From Camelus dromedarius (taxonomy: Eukaryota): a DNA stretch of 64,000 nt. The position numbers were made by a program, and so were the translations under genes. Every line of letters begins with the position of its first letter. Positions within the stretch are counted from its first letter, which is position 1. The notes under the pieces were generated by a model. It had not been told where the DNA came from. It ran no database searches and saw only the letters and a program-made list of their open reading frames with translations. The DNA lies in contig NC_087436.1 of assembly GCF_036321535.1 (NCBI RefSeq), positions 10,416,001 through 10,480,000 of the forward strand, given 5' to 3'. Positions 37,849-50,300 of this stretch are shown here, one piece after another.

Positions 37849-40424
37849 AAAACTGATACAGAAACGAAATAAATTCTGCTTTCCCCTTTTTTGAAATTTG
37901 TTGAAATCTCTTTTTGCTATTACGGATTTATTCCTTTTTGTATTTTTATATAATCCTTCTTTGGGATCTCAGGAAAGAAAGCTGGGGTGGTGAATCCCCA
38001 CCCTGAATACAAAATAAACATTTGAGTAGAAAGGCAAGTATTTTTATTTCTAAAGAAAAGTAGATAACTTGAGAAAGACACCTTTAATCTAATCAGAAAA
38101 CATCACTTGGTTCCTTTTAAATAAGAAGGTGGCATAAAGTCACTTTTTAAATACACTTAAAATATTTTTTATAAGAAGCAGACTTATTTTTAATCTCTGC
38201 TTTGCATTTACTGTGTGCCCCAAATCGATGTATTGTAGTAATGCAAAGATTAGCCTACACTGCATAAGGACTGGGTAAAGGAACGTGTTTTCTTCAATGT
38301 CTTTCACTAAGTGTAAGTAGATCTCTGTCAAAGAATTAATAATACAAGCCAGTGGCATCAGAGCTAATCATAAGGCATTCAAGAAAATACTGTGAATAAT
38401 GTGGTTCCAGACTTTGATAAAACACTGTGCGTGTAACTGCATTAACTTTTAAGTTTCTTCTTGCACAGCGAAAGGCAGTAGCAACATCACGCATGTTATG
38501 CTCACCAAAGGGTGCTGCTTTGTCTAATTTCAGCAGGTGAAATTAATCGCCCCATGAGAACAAGGCAACCAACTTTTGTTTGCCGTCTCATTGCAATATG
38601 TGTAATAAAATTTGGTTGGTGTGACAATGTGTCTGTGAAAGTTGACAAGTTGGTAACTGCAGTGTGGAAAGGCATTTCATTTTTTATCTTTAAAGAATTA
38701 CTGGATCGTTAAATTAAATTTTATTCCTGTAGGCTGCATCAGACACAGAGAAACCAGGTGTTTCTGCATGTGAGTTGCTGGTTTCCTAAGGTGGAATCAC
38801 AAAGCTGTATTCATGGATTATTCTGCCTAATCATTACAGCTGACAATTACGGTGGTGATACAAAAGTAATTTAACAGACCGTCAACTAAAAGGTGGCTTT
38901 TGGCTTTTAACCTAAGAGACTTGCTTCATATATTGAACAGACATTTTACTGGATGAAACTGTGCTAAACAGTTAAAACAAATTCAGCCAACGCAAGAGTG
39001 TCAATTCAATAACCTTATCCCTTCCTCCAGAAATGTCATCGCTAATTATCAGAACATGAGGATAATCAACCAGTCAGGTATTTCAAATACAGATCCGACA
39101 AGTATGTTTCTCATCTCCAAGTTCATTTTAAACACCATTTAAAACTACAGTGCATTTGCACTTTGACATTTAGTAGGTGCAAATAAAAATCTTAGAAGAG
39201 ATTTACTACTCCTATATAAATGCACTAAACTGAGCTGTTTCAGAGGCTGGTGAATCCCCTTAGGCAAAACATTTATTCAAAAACTAAATTTTTCTGTCTC
39301 TGAAATGGGGAAGATAAGGGCTGTTTTGCCAATTATATACATACATATATATATACACACACACATATATATGCATGTATATATGTGTATATATACTGCT
39401 TAGAGGATATATTTTATATATATACTACATATATAAAATATAAATGCATATAAGTATGTACATATATAAAGTAAGTGTTCACAAAAGTGTACAACAAATT
39501 CAGAGTTAAATGTGTGAATTAAGCTTACTTCTAATAAAGTCAGTGTGTTTATCTTTTCCTGAGCACGTCCTTTGCAGCATAGGGAAGTGTATTAGGGCAG
39601 AGATTCAAAAATAAGATTTACTAGCAGGATAAACTTGGGCAAGTTACCTCTTTCCTCTGCTGCAGTAAGGATTAAATGGGTTGTTAAAATGTCCGGTGCT
39701 CAGAACCATGCCCAGGACACAGTATGTATTCAACAAACGGTAGCTTTTATGGGATGATTTTCCCACTGTGAGCAAATACAAATACACTTCCATGGACTTG
39801 TTTCCTTCCCAAAGGAGGCGTTTTGACACATAGCTCATCCTCACTGTTCACCAGGAAGGCTCATTGTTCTCCCAAGGGAACCCCCTCCCTGTGGCCACCC
39901 AATTATTACAGCCTGCAGATGTAAGGTTGGATATTAAGGCTGAATAAAATATACAAAGATACTGAGTAATTACATATATATATATATATATAAACCACTT
40001 AGAGAACACTATATATACTACATGTAAAATATAAATGCATATATGTATACATTAAGTATATAAATTAAGTGGAATTGAGTTAATTCCACTACCGAAAGAA
40101 ACACACAGTCTTGTGTTAGGTCAAGGGTATTTCTCTAACTCAATTCCTGAAGATGGTTCTGTTTACTAACTCCATTAAACAGATGTGTCTTTAAAAGGAA
40201 ACGCAATACGGGGTTTAATTTTCACATGATAAATGGTTTCTCTAGGGTCATGGAGTGCCCCTCCCGGGCCCCTCCTTATCTCCACCCTCTTCGTGCCCTC
40301 ACCTCTCAGTGGTCTTCAGGGAACACCTGGAACGTCTACAGCCAGGCCAGGGTCACCCAAGGGGTCTTCTTACAGCCTGTGTTTGCTCCTCGTGCTGCCC
40401 TACTCTTGACCTTTTATTTGTTTT

Positions 40425-40550
40425 CTTCACTAGATTCTTGAGGATAAGGACTGTCTTTTTTTTTTTTTCAATATTATATATTTATTGCATAGTGCAGTGC
40501 CTCACTCACAGCTAACCCTCAATAGAGAGCAGCTACATGAATAAATGAAG
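40425..40550 (+). mobile_element. L2 3' terminus fragment
   Basis: cactagattcttgaggataaggactgtctttt..cagtgcct..ctcaata..tgaataaatgaa. Confidence 0.6.
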
Positions 40551-41005
40551 ATACACACTAAGCTGGGCGGTACCTGTGATCCAAATAGTTCACAATCACT
40601 CATTTCCCCAGTGATTTGTTTAGTTCCTATTTCATTCCACAATAACAGACAGCTCCCGAGTCCCCAGGGGTAACTCAACGGTACAACTCTGGATGCTAAA
40701 TGATCCATCCCTCAGGCAGTGCAATGACTGTAGTGGTGAATTAGCAGAGTAGGCGTTCTAGGTTGAGTATCATCATATCACAGCATGTAACTGTCTGTCA
40801 AATATTTACAGGAACAAAGTACCCTCTGTGAAGTAGCACAGAGCTCTGGATTCCTGTTCTGGCATTTTTCTAATCTTCCAGAACCTCTGTTTCTCTGGCT
40901 GTGTCATGAGAACAGCAATGCCTGCTTTTAGGGTCACCATGACATTTTGAGATACATGTCTTAACTCCTCAGCTTAGAACAGGCATTAAAAATACTCTTA
41001 TTGTG

Positions 41006-41570
41006 TTAGCAACCTGAATGTCCGACAACAGATGACCAGATAAAGTTGTGGTATATTTATACAATGGAATACTACTCGGCCATAAAAAGAATAAAATAAT
41101 GCCATTTGCAACAATGTGGATGGAACTGAGATCATCATTCTAAGTGAAATAAGCCAGAAAGAGAAAGAAAAATAGCATATAATATCACTTACATGTGGAA
41201 TCTAAAAAAAAAAGACACAAACTTATCTACAAAACAGAAACAGACTCACAGACATAGAAAACAAACTTATGGTTACCAGGGGGCAAAGAAGATAGGAAGA
41301 GATAAATTGGGAGTTCAAGATTTGCAGATACTAACTACTATATATAAAATAGATTAATAACAAGGTTCTACTGTATAGCACAGGGAACTATATTCAATAG
41401 TTTTTAATAGCCTATAATGAAAAAGAATATAAGGAATATATATATATATTTTTATATATATATATATATATATATAAAATACATATAGGTTTAATGAATC
41501 ACTATGCGATATACCTGAAATTAACACAACATTGTAAATGATTATAATTAAATACAAATACAATAAAATA
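41006..41570 (+). mobile_element. L1 3' end with TSD and internal (TA)n
   Basis: caacctgaatgtccgacaacagatga..gaaattaacacaacattgtaaat, flanked by aaatactcttattg and aaatactcttactg. Confidence 0.92.
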
Positions 41571-41803
41571 AATACTCTTACTGGATTATTAGTAATAGTG
41601 CTTTGAGATGTAAGTGTATCTGAGAACTCTATTCTATTCATCTCTTGAGAAGACTGTTGCAGAGAAATAGCTCTGGATTGGTATTCTGGAAATCTAAGAG
41701 GTTCCACTTACTCCCAGGTACAATGTTTATTCTGAGGTGAAAACAAGCTGACTTCACATATATCACGTCCATTTGTCCTTTCTATAAAGTATGAGAACAC
41801 TCC

Positions 41804-41821
41804 CACACACACACACACACA
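41804..41821. repeat. (CA)n microsatellite
   Basis: cacacacacacacacaca. Confidence 0.9.
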
Positions 41822-43774
41822 AAACTCCACAAAGAAGAAACCTTTGCCACCCATGTCATTTGTGAGTCCAGAGACAGAAGACCCCTCAGTTCTACACACA
41901 TGGGAGGCCCCTCCCATCAGGGTACACAACGCTGCCCACTGGGTCTCAGATAATTAAACAGGGCATTGGAAAACCAGCATGCTCTGAAGACTGTAGAGAT
42001 AGCAGAATTAAACAACTATTGAGAATTAAACATCTTTCTGAGGTGCTCACAATTTAATTTATATCTAACTTAAACTGACAGACATGACACATTTTGATAA
42101 AGAACAGCTCTGAACATAATCTGATTTACTCCACAGAGGAAAAGATCGCTTCCTGCAAGGAACAATTTAGATCAATCATTCCTATTGTGAATAATCATGT
42201 TTTGACATTGTTCAGTAGCTATACAATTAAAGTTAACACACTACTCCAAGAAACTCGGTGAATGTAATTTTTCTTCGTGGTATGATGTTTGAAGCACCAG
42301 TCTCCCTTTCTGCATTCTGATTCAGTTCCATGTTTCCATAACAACCATGGGGATCTATTTTTAATGATTTACTTTCTTACAAAAACCAAAGCTCTTGAAA
42401 GGCATAATGTCTTTTATTCAAGATCCCTCACTTACTTTTTATAGTTATTCTAATAAAAATTTAGATTTCAGTCACTATTGCCTTTGGCAAGACCTAGCAA
42501 AGTAGGCTTTGTAATAGCTATTAAAAACAGTAACTGATAAATGATCAAATAGGAAAGAACCAAAAGGAGGGAAGAAAATGAGGTTAAAAAAACCCTGCCA
42601 ACTCTATGTGTCCTGACGATTTATTTTCAGAATGTATAAAGGCCATTGCACAAGGATCCAGCGGCCCACTTGCTCAGGGACTGAAAGAAATCAGTGAGCC
42701 TATTGAAAATGAGTCAACAGGTTTAATGAGAAATTTAATACACCCAGACTCCACTTTCTGTTTACCTTTTATTTGGTTTCTAAGAGAGGTTATGTTTGTG
42801 GGGTGATACCAGTCCTTTTGCTGTAGGCAGATGGGTGACTTCCTTCAGCCTGGTAAGACTGAAAATAGACTAAGGAAATAACTAGGGAGAGAATGAGGAC
42901 TATGATTCTGGCAGGTACTCCTCGGTAAATGTGTTTTCTCTGTAAGGACCCTTTTACATGTCATCGTCTCGTGCACGGGGAAAACTACCTGCGATATTTT
43001 AAATTCTTACCAAAGGAGAATCTTATTACAACAGAATGTACTTTGTATAATCACGATTTCAGTTTCCAAAATTTAACTATGTATTTTTGTCACAGAAACC
43101 ATCTCAGAATTATTTGATCTTTACAATGGGTTCTTCCATATTTTAAGGCATAAGGTATTTCTGGTAAGAAAGGACTTAATAGGAGATATTGTACTAGATA
43201 GAATTTTATAAACAAAAAACAACCTCCCTTTCAACTCAGTTCGTGCTCTTTGCTCAAGCTGTTTATCCAGTCTACAAATTTTATTAAGTCCCTGTTATGT
43301 TCCAAATACCAGGGAGACGGCAGTAAACAGGACCGATCTTCCCTTTTCATCTTATATCCTAGTGTAGAAAACAAAAAATAAACCAACATGTCTTCATACT
43401 TACGTAACTATTTTCAGATACACGTGAGTCTCTGTTCACTTTGGTCAATGAAACTCTGCTCATTTCTTGTCTTTCTCTACTTTATTCCAAAGGTGACACT
43501 TTATTCCTCATAACAGGGACTGAGGTGCATTTTCTAACAAACCCCCAGAGTTGGGGTGCAGTTGTGAGGGGCCTTTCAGGTTCAAGTTATGCTAGCTTCC
43601 TCCCTGGGTACCCCTCTGGGTAGGTGATTGTTGCTTCTTGCAGTTACTGAAGTCATGCACCTTTTTGACTTTTTCAGTCTCCGATAGCAGATTAAATAAT
43701 TTGTAATATTCGATTCTCTGTTAAAATTACCAACTTCTGTTTTCCTGACTGCACCCCAATTTTTCTAACAATCC

Positions 43775-45450
43775 AAATGCAGAAATTGGTAGCCAACGCC
43801 TGTGCTACTACAACAAAAACCTAAAATACGTGGTGTTTGTTTAAAGTTGGGGCAATGGGGGACGAGGAAACTGATTTCAAAGGTAGAAAGCCATTGATCT
43901 GCATGATGTTTGGGCAAAACTCTTGGCAAACCTGTTTGAACTAATCCGAGAAGCAGACAGTGGGCCTGCTGGGCTGGCAACACTCAAAATAGACTGAAAA
44001 GCAAATTCAATAATGTATGTTGATGATTATTGTATACATTCAGCAAGGTGTTACAGGAGAAACACGAGCTCAGGAACAAACTAGCTGGTGTGAAAGCAGG
44101 TCTGACCAGATGTAGAGAGAATCCAGAAATTTCAGGGTTTATCGGACCCAGTTACTGGAACCAGCTGCTTCTAAACCCTAACTGGTGAACTTGACATTGA
44201 GGTGAGTGTTGAGTAACAGAGGTCCGACGAAAAATCACATTTGAACTAAGTGACCCAAGGCTAATAGGACATTCCAAGCTGACACCTAGTGGACCCTCTC
44301 AGCTGAACAAAATATCTCTTGACAAAGATCAGGTTAAGGATGTGGTCCTTCTGCCTATTTTTCAAGGTAAGGCCATCTTGAGAGAGTGGCACGGAGAACT
44401 GGAAATCAAGGGCCTCTGAGAAAAAAACTTCCCTACTCACGATCAGGAGGCAAACAGATCAGGACCCTATGAGGATTTCAAAGGATTGTACTAAAATACC
44501 ATGATTCCAGAAGAATAAGCCTTGAAATACTCAAGACTTAAAACAACACTTGGCCTCATAATTTTCTCCAAACAGGAAAAAATCTATTAAGGTTATACAT
44601 ATTTCAATCCTCACTTCAAATGTGGACAAAGAGCATAATAGAAATGAAGGAAGTTTCCAGAAGGCACATCCATAGGCTAGAGAGAACCATGGACACGGGG
44701 TGCCTCCCAGGGAGCAGGGTCAAAGCCAGTTCAAAGATCCTCCCTGACTTCTGGGTTAGGGAGTCTTGATAATGTCTGTCCAACACAATTTCACCACTGA
44801 CTTCCATGTGCATCTGAGTCCTTCTCCCTCCAAACATGAGTGTTTATTGTGATTCCCCTTTTCTTACTCCCCTCCTGCCCATTGGGTATACATGCATGTT
44901 GGGGGTTGGTTGCAAAATACAGGTGATTCACCATCATCATCATTAGATGAGGACAATGAATGACCAGAGATCACGAGCTTGAATGGAATCCAATCACTGA
45001 AAGAATTTTTAGTTGTCTCCCTTGGAAGGTAATAATCCTTTTCATGAGAGACTGGAAATATGATGTGACTATTTGGTGACCAGAAAGGTGGACCAAGGCA
45101 GAGAGGGTCTAGATGTCCACTGATTCCATTTGATTTTTCCTGGCCACGTGGCTTCCAATATTTCTCAGCCTCCCTTGCAGTTCAGGTGAAGCTATGAGAT
45201 TAGGTTTTGGCCGATGAAAAGATGTCTACACGTTCAAGTTCACTCCGTAATAGCTCATGCCCAGTGGCCCACATAGTCTCCTCCTTTTTCTCAGTGACTT
45301 AGAGACTGTGTGCTTAAGAAGGCAGCATCAAAAGATGGAAAGAGTCTTTAATTTCTCAGTAGTGAACCTCCAAAGAGAGCTGCCCTGAACCTATTGGCTA
45401 GGACATAAGAAATATTTTATTTTTCTATGTTAAGAAACTAAACTTTCTTG
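43775..45450 (+). mobile_element. MaLR (MLT1-type) internal region plus 3' LTR
   Basis: Internal start gaaattggtagcca..tgtgctactacaacaaaaacctaaaatacgtgg. LTR motif atttctcagcctcccttgcagtt..ttttggccgatga..aaagatggaaagag at about 45150-45350. Confidence 0.7.
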
Positions 45451-45494
45451 GTTGAACAAAGTATCTCTGCCCCCCCCCCCAACTGAGATTCGGG

Positions 45495-45805
45495 GGAATT
45501 AAGCAAGACTTTCATGTCTATGTTTTGTCAGTTGAAAACATAATCCTTCCAATAGTTTCTCTTGAAATTCACTCAATGATGTTTGCTCAGGACCACTGTT
45601 TCTATGTAAAATAATAGAAATTATCAAATAAAAGTAAAAAAATAAACAGAAAACTGTTGCTTATATTTATGTGTTCATCAATAAATAAATCAGGCTGATG
45701 AAAGCTCTTGTGTTCTTATCAAATGGTAAAACAGTAATTAAAATATAACACGTCAATTTAAAACAAAACAAGAAAGTGTATTATTGATTTGGTCTGCAAA
45801 TCGTT
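45495..45805 (+). repeat. Copy 1 of an old ~300-bp direct duplication
   Basis: Shares blocks with 46488-46795: gaattaagca, tgaaattcact, gtaaaataatagaaattatc, aaaacagtaattaaaatataac, attgatttggtctgcaaatc. Confidence 0.9.
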
Positions 45806-45949
45806 TACAGTGGCTGGAGGTTATTGTCTCGATACAGCATTAGATTTTAAAATTAGATTAATTACTGGATTTAATTAAGTTGGTAACTGATGTCTTTTTC
45901 TTTTTACTAAAAGTATTTGAATGGAAGGAAATGCCATTAAGAAAGTGAG

Positions 45950-46100
45950 ACAGTGTAGTGTAGCAGAAAAGGCCTTGTCTTGAGAAGCCAGGATTCTAGC
46001 AATCTTAGAAGCGACATTTACTAGCTAAGTGACACTGGGAAAGTCACTTAATTTCTCTGGGTCATAGTATGCACTTGTACAATGAAGCTAATATTAGATT
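45950..46100 (+). mobile_element. MIR SINE
   Basis: cagtgtagtgtagcagaaaagg..catttactagctaagtgacactgggaaagtcacttaatttctctggg. Confidence 0.8.
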
Positions 46101-46487
46101 ACCCAAAATTATAAGAGAAAGCCAATCCAAATGTTTGTTCGAGACTTTTATGGTTTTGACATATGGTTCTATGAAATAGGAATTTAAGCACTAAAGCCAC
46201 TCTAATGAGAGCACAGAAGTAACATTTTTCTTTTAAAAATTTTAGTTATTGCGTGATACCTACGAGGTCCAGCTTTATGTAGAAATGTTGTGCAAAAGAT
46301 GTGTTTCAATGGTGTTAACTCATGCCAAGTGGTTTTACTGAAAATAGTAATTTACGGAAGATCGTATCAGAGTGAGATGCAACGTTGCAGACAGTAGTTT
46401 CAGAGAATGTAGTCCCTAGAACTTCGTCCAATCACATCGCATGATCTCTTCATACCCTCAGCCCTCTCCCAACAGTCTAAGACAATA

Positions 46488-46795
46488 GAATTAAGCAGGA
46501 TTCCCACTTCTACGCCTAGTCCTTCCGATGATTTCTCCTGAAATTCACTTAATAATGTTTGCTCAAGATCATAGTTTCTACGTAAAATAATAGAAATTAT
46601 CGAATAACTCAAAAGTACACAATTAACCAAAAGTCTTCGTTTATACTTAATTATATGTTCATCAACGGATAGATCAGGCTAATGAAAATGCTATGTTCTC
46701 AAAAAAAATGGCAAAACAGTAATTAAAATATAACTAACGTAAATTGAAAACAAGACAAGAAAGAACATACCATTGATTTGGTCTGCAAATCATTT
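46488..46795 (+). repeat. Copy 2 of an old ~300-bp direct duplication
   Basis: Collinear with 45495-45805, with many substitutions and small indels. Confidence 0.9.
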
Positions 46796-47159
46796 TTGTA
46801 ATTATTTGATTCACAATTTTATATGAAAATGAAAATTTCTGAATTCCTTTTTCAGAGATTTTTTTGAATCTATATAGGAAAACAGCACATAGGCATTATT
46901 TTTGGATAACTCTGCTTGTTTTCCTCCATTGATTCCATTACAAAAGCATAGAATCGAAGATGGAAACATTAAATATCCCTCTAAGGTCACTGACATAATG
47001 GAAGGGCGATGTCTGAAGAAACAGAAAGAAAAAGACATTGTTCTTTAATTCTGAATTAAACTCTAAACGGTAGGAAATGAAGCTGTATTTATTAATACCC
47101 ATTAGTTAAACTGCATCTATAGGAACACTGTAGCATCTGTGCAAGGACTTTTGTAAAGC

Positions 47160-47345
47160 AGAGTCGTGTTTCCTTAGGGAGCCCTCCCTCCCCGTTCCCT
47201 CAGCATCCATTCGCGCACAAGCCACTCGCGGGGCGATGGCTGCACTCACCAGTGTGGACGTTTGCGCGGCGTCCGCCCACTCCTCCGAGCCCTCGGGGGT
47301 CCGTGTGCTGTTGGGGATCCTGCGAGGGTTACGGGCTATCGCTTC
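47160..47345. promoter_or_regulatory. Small CpG-dense patch spanning the MARCHF1 exon and its donor
   Basis: About 18 CpGs in about 185 bp within an otherwise CpG-poor window. Confidence 0.6.
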
Positions 47346-47360
47346 ACACCAGCCCAGCAT
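47250..47360 (-). CDS. MARCHF1: First coding exon (codons 1-37) of E3 ubiquitin-protein ligase MARCHF1/MARCH1, long isoform
   Basis: Translates [37 protein letters not shown], matching the recalled human MARCH1 N-terminus ([37 protein letters not shown]) at 30/37 residues. ATG at 47360-47358 has A at -3. The CDS ends in phase 0 at a consensus donor CTG|gtgagt (47249-47244). Confidence 0.96.
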
Positions 47361-47398
47361 TTTCTCCTTCCTCTTATCCCTTTTCAATTTCTGTAATT
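47361..47398 (-). other. MARCHF1: 5' UTR part (38 nt) of the MARCHF1 start-codon exon
   Basis: Acceptor aattattttcag|AATTACAG ends at 47399, giving a 149-nt exon. A second AG 8 nt inside the exon is a possible alternative acceptor. Confidence 0.8.
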
Positions 47399-50300
47399 CT
47401 GAAAATAATTTACATTCCCTGAAACAGGTCACTTGTTGCGGTTGTCTGTTTTTGGAAAAAAATCTACATGATTGAAATTAAATAAGCAATTTAATGAAAT
47501 ACCAGTGGAGACATTTCATTTTACCGGGGGTGATGCGGAGGAGTAAAAGAACATTTCTGATTATGAATAAGCTCAGAGCCACGCGGCAATGGAAACAGTA
47601 CACAGCTACTCAAAGGACCTGACGTTTTACACCCCCATTTGTGACACTTAGAGGCGGTGGGAATTCCTCGCATTGGGTTCTAAGTGTTATTTGCAAGGAT
47701 CAGTTTCTAACAAAAAGTTCCTCTCTTGGGAGCCAAGAACAGATCCAGCTCCTGATATATCTACATATTTCAATGGCATCTAAAATTTGGCATTGCTTTT
47801 CAGCTGAATGTCCTACAGATGCAGAATGTGTTGAACACAGGCCAGTGATAAAAATCACTCCTTCTGGCAGTGGCCTGATTATCTCCCTCATAAAGTTCTG
47901 CCAACTAAAGAAGGAGAAATTCTAGTGCTAGTATGGTAAATTTAGTATATGACATCCATCACGAGTGAAATCTACTAAAATAATAATTTAAAAAAATTCT
48001 CCTTACTAGATCATGAGTAAAACTATTCCACAACTCTTTCTAGCTTTCCAGAACTTCCCATTTGGGGGATTTTTTTTTTTTTTTTGTCTCTGAAAAAGTT
48101 ATATCAACAACGACTTTTAATGTAATGAAGAAAACATTGTTTCCTTGTAAAGTTTTACAGCCTAGTTTTCCACTCCACCACCCTCAGTAATTAGAAATAG
48201 TTTATTGCAGGTCTTTAGTTAAATGCATTACACTGTCAATTAAATATCAAAAATAATGTGGAGTAATTATTTTTCACAGCATCCAAAGCAATTAGCAATC
48301 TGGTGGCTTATAACATTTCAGGGATTCAAAATAGCACATTTCATAGGACTAACAAAAGTAACATTAGGAAAAGTTGCACTAACGGATTGATGAGTTATTA
48401 CTCTACATGACAAAATACTCAAGTTAAATGGATCTGAATGATGTAAATAGGTATTATTTTTTAAAAAAACTTTCACTAAATTAAGTCTTAAGATACTCAA
48501 TGGAATGGCTTTTTAATAAAACTGGCAATCTAATATGAGTAAATCATTCTTCTGAGGTGCAGGAAAGTGGAGGAATGCTTCAAAACAACTGTTTGAACGA
48601 GTAACAAATTATTGATGCTTACCCTTTCAAACACATTGCTTGAGATCTTATTGAAAACTCTTATCTATGTTATACAAAATCTGCATCTTCAACTAATTTG
48701 CATTCCACAGAAAGTAAATATTTCCACATTCCTGGTACACTGTATCTCGGCTAGTCATCAGTTTTTAATTACATTTCTTGAAGTGTGCTAAGAGTAAATG
48801 AAAATGAGGATCTTTATTCAAAGGCAGGGAGTGAAATGATACATAATGACCAAAATAGTTTAATCAAGTGCAAACAAATGTTCTACTTGTAAGTCATTTG
48901 CCATTTTTAAAGTTTTAACTCTATAATTAAATACCACTTTAGTACTTATAATAAAGTGTTGAATTCACCCATGAATAAAAAGCGTAGTAAAGGGACCCAT
49001 GAAATTATATCATCAGTACTCATTCTGGAATGCGTTTTTAAAAGCAGCCAATTTCTTATTTCCCATTTAGCTTCTGAGATTAAATAAGACCGTTTCATGT
49101 CATTTGCAGCCTTCTCTTGTGGTGGTGGCGGTGGTCAGAGCTATATTCTTCCCTATTCAGTCAACATTAATCCATAAGTATTTCTTGAGCCCTTACTATA
49201 CTGAAGGAACTAAAGTCAGCATGGAAATGCCAGAAAAGGAGGATTATTTTCATTTTTGATTCGGGTCAAAGTCAATGCAATATTCTCAAGAATTTTAAAA
49301 CCCACGAATAACTAGGATCTTTCTGACTTGATAATTTTTGGATCTGTAAACTTATTTGCTCAGAGCCAGGGTGAATGCATGCCCCTTTTGATCTTAGACG
49401 TCCTCCCTGAAGGTGGCTTGTGCAAACCATTTCTGAACTGTTTGGCTGAAGTCATCATGATAGAGCTCTTCAACTTTGGTTTAGCCCTGCTGATGTAGTA
49501 TGGTTAAATAATACAACAAGTTAAAATACTTGCACTCCTTTTACCTTAGTAATGAGTTCGTAATAGTCATTGACTATTCTACATTGGACACTATACTGTC
49601 CAGCCCATTATGGGAAAATGGAAAAGGAACACAATACATGACTGTGGCCCTGGAAGACTGAAAAGCTCATCATTAAACTAAGACATATTCATAGGAACCT
49701 CTACACAGGAAGTTAAATGTAGGGAATGACCAGACCAATCTATGTAGCATCATTTCAGGTTTTTAATATATGAATGAAGATGATGTGAGACTATAAGAAA
49801 GCCCTATGATGGTTACATGACTACATTTGGACATTCACATCATAGTATTATAAGAGAAAAGTTTTTGCCTAATGACTTGCTCAGTATAAGATGCTTCCAC
49901 CCACTTTACCAGCTCCTTGAGAGTCAGAGAATCCTATCTGAATGAAACTAGTGTGTAAATGGCTGCCAAGAAAGCAGCTTAGGTGCAGGTGAGTTGAAAG
50001 GGAGAGAGAGGACAGAAGGAAGAACTCAACTGCCCCATCCCACAAATTCCTGTGGCTATGGGACTGTGACAGTTGCCAAAGACAGTATCTTCCTTTCTGT
50101 TATCGCTAAACACTTAGACTTCAGGTCACACTTTGAAACGATCTTTTTGCAACATTGATGATCAAGTGGAAATTTGGGAAATAGTTTAGACTATAGATTT
50201 GAGATAACTGAAGGATTCGTGATGTTGTTTGCCAAGCCTCCACAGACCAGCATTCTTCCCACACAGGTCTGGGGTACTCATCACTTTCTTAGCTGTAAGA

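Larger units (their letters stand above)
1..47249 (-). other. MARCHF1: MARCHF1 intron downstream of the first coding exon (continues beyond the window start)
   Basis: Begins with the GTGAGT donor. I did not find the next known coding segment (NEKSPGRSASRSSNISK-like) in the window. Confidence 0.85.

Noticed and set aside
47106..47432. 108-aa ORF as a stand-alone gene
   Set aside because: It is the MARCHF1 exon frame read through its splice sites. Only 47250-47360 is coding.
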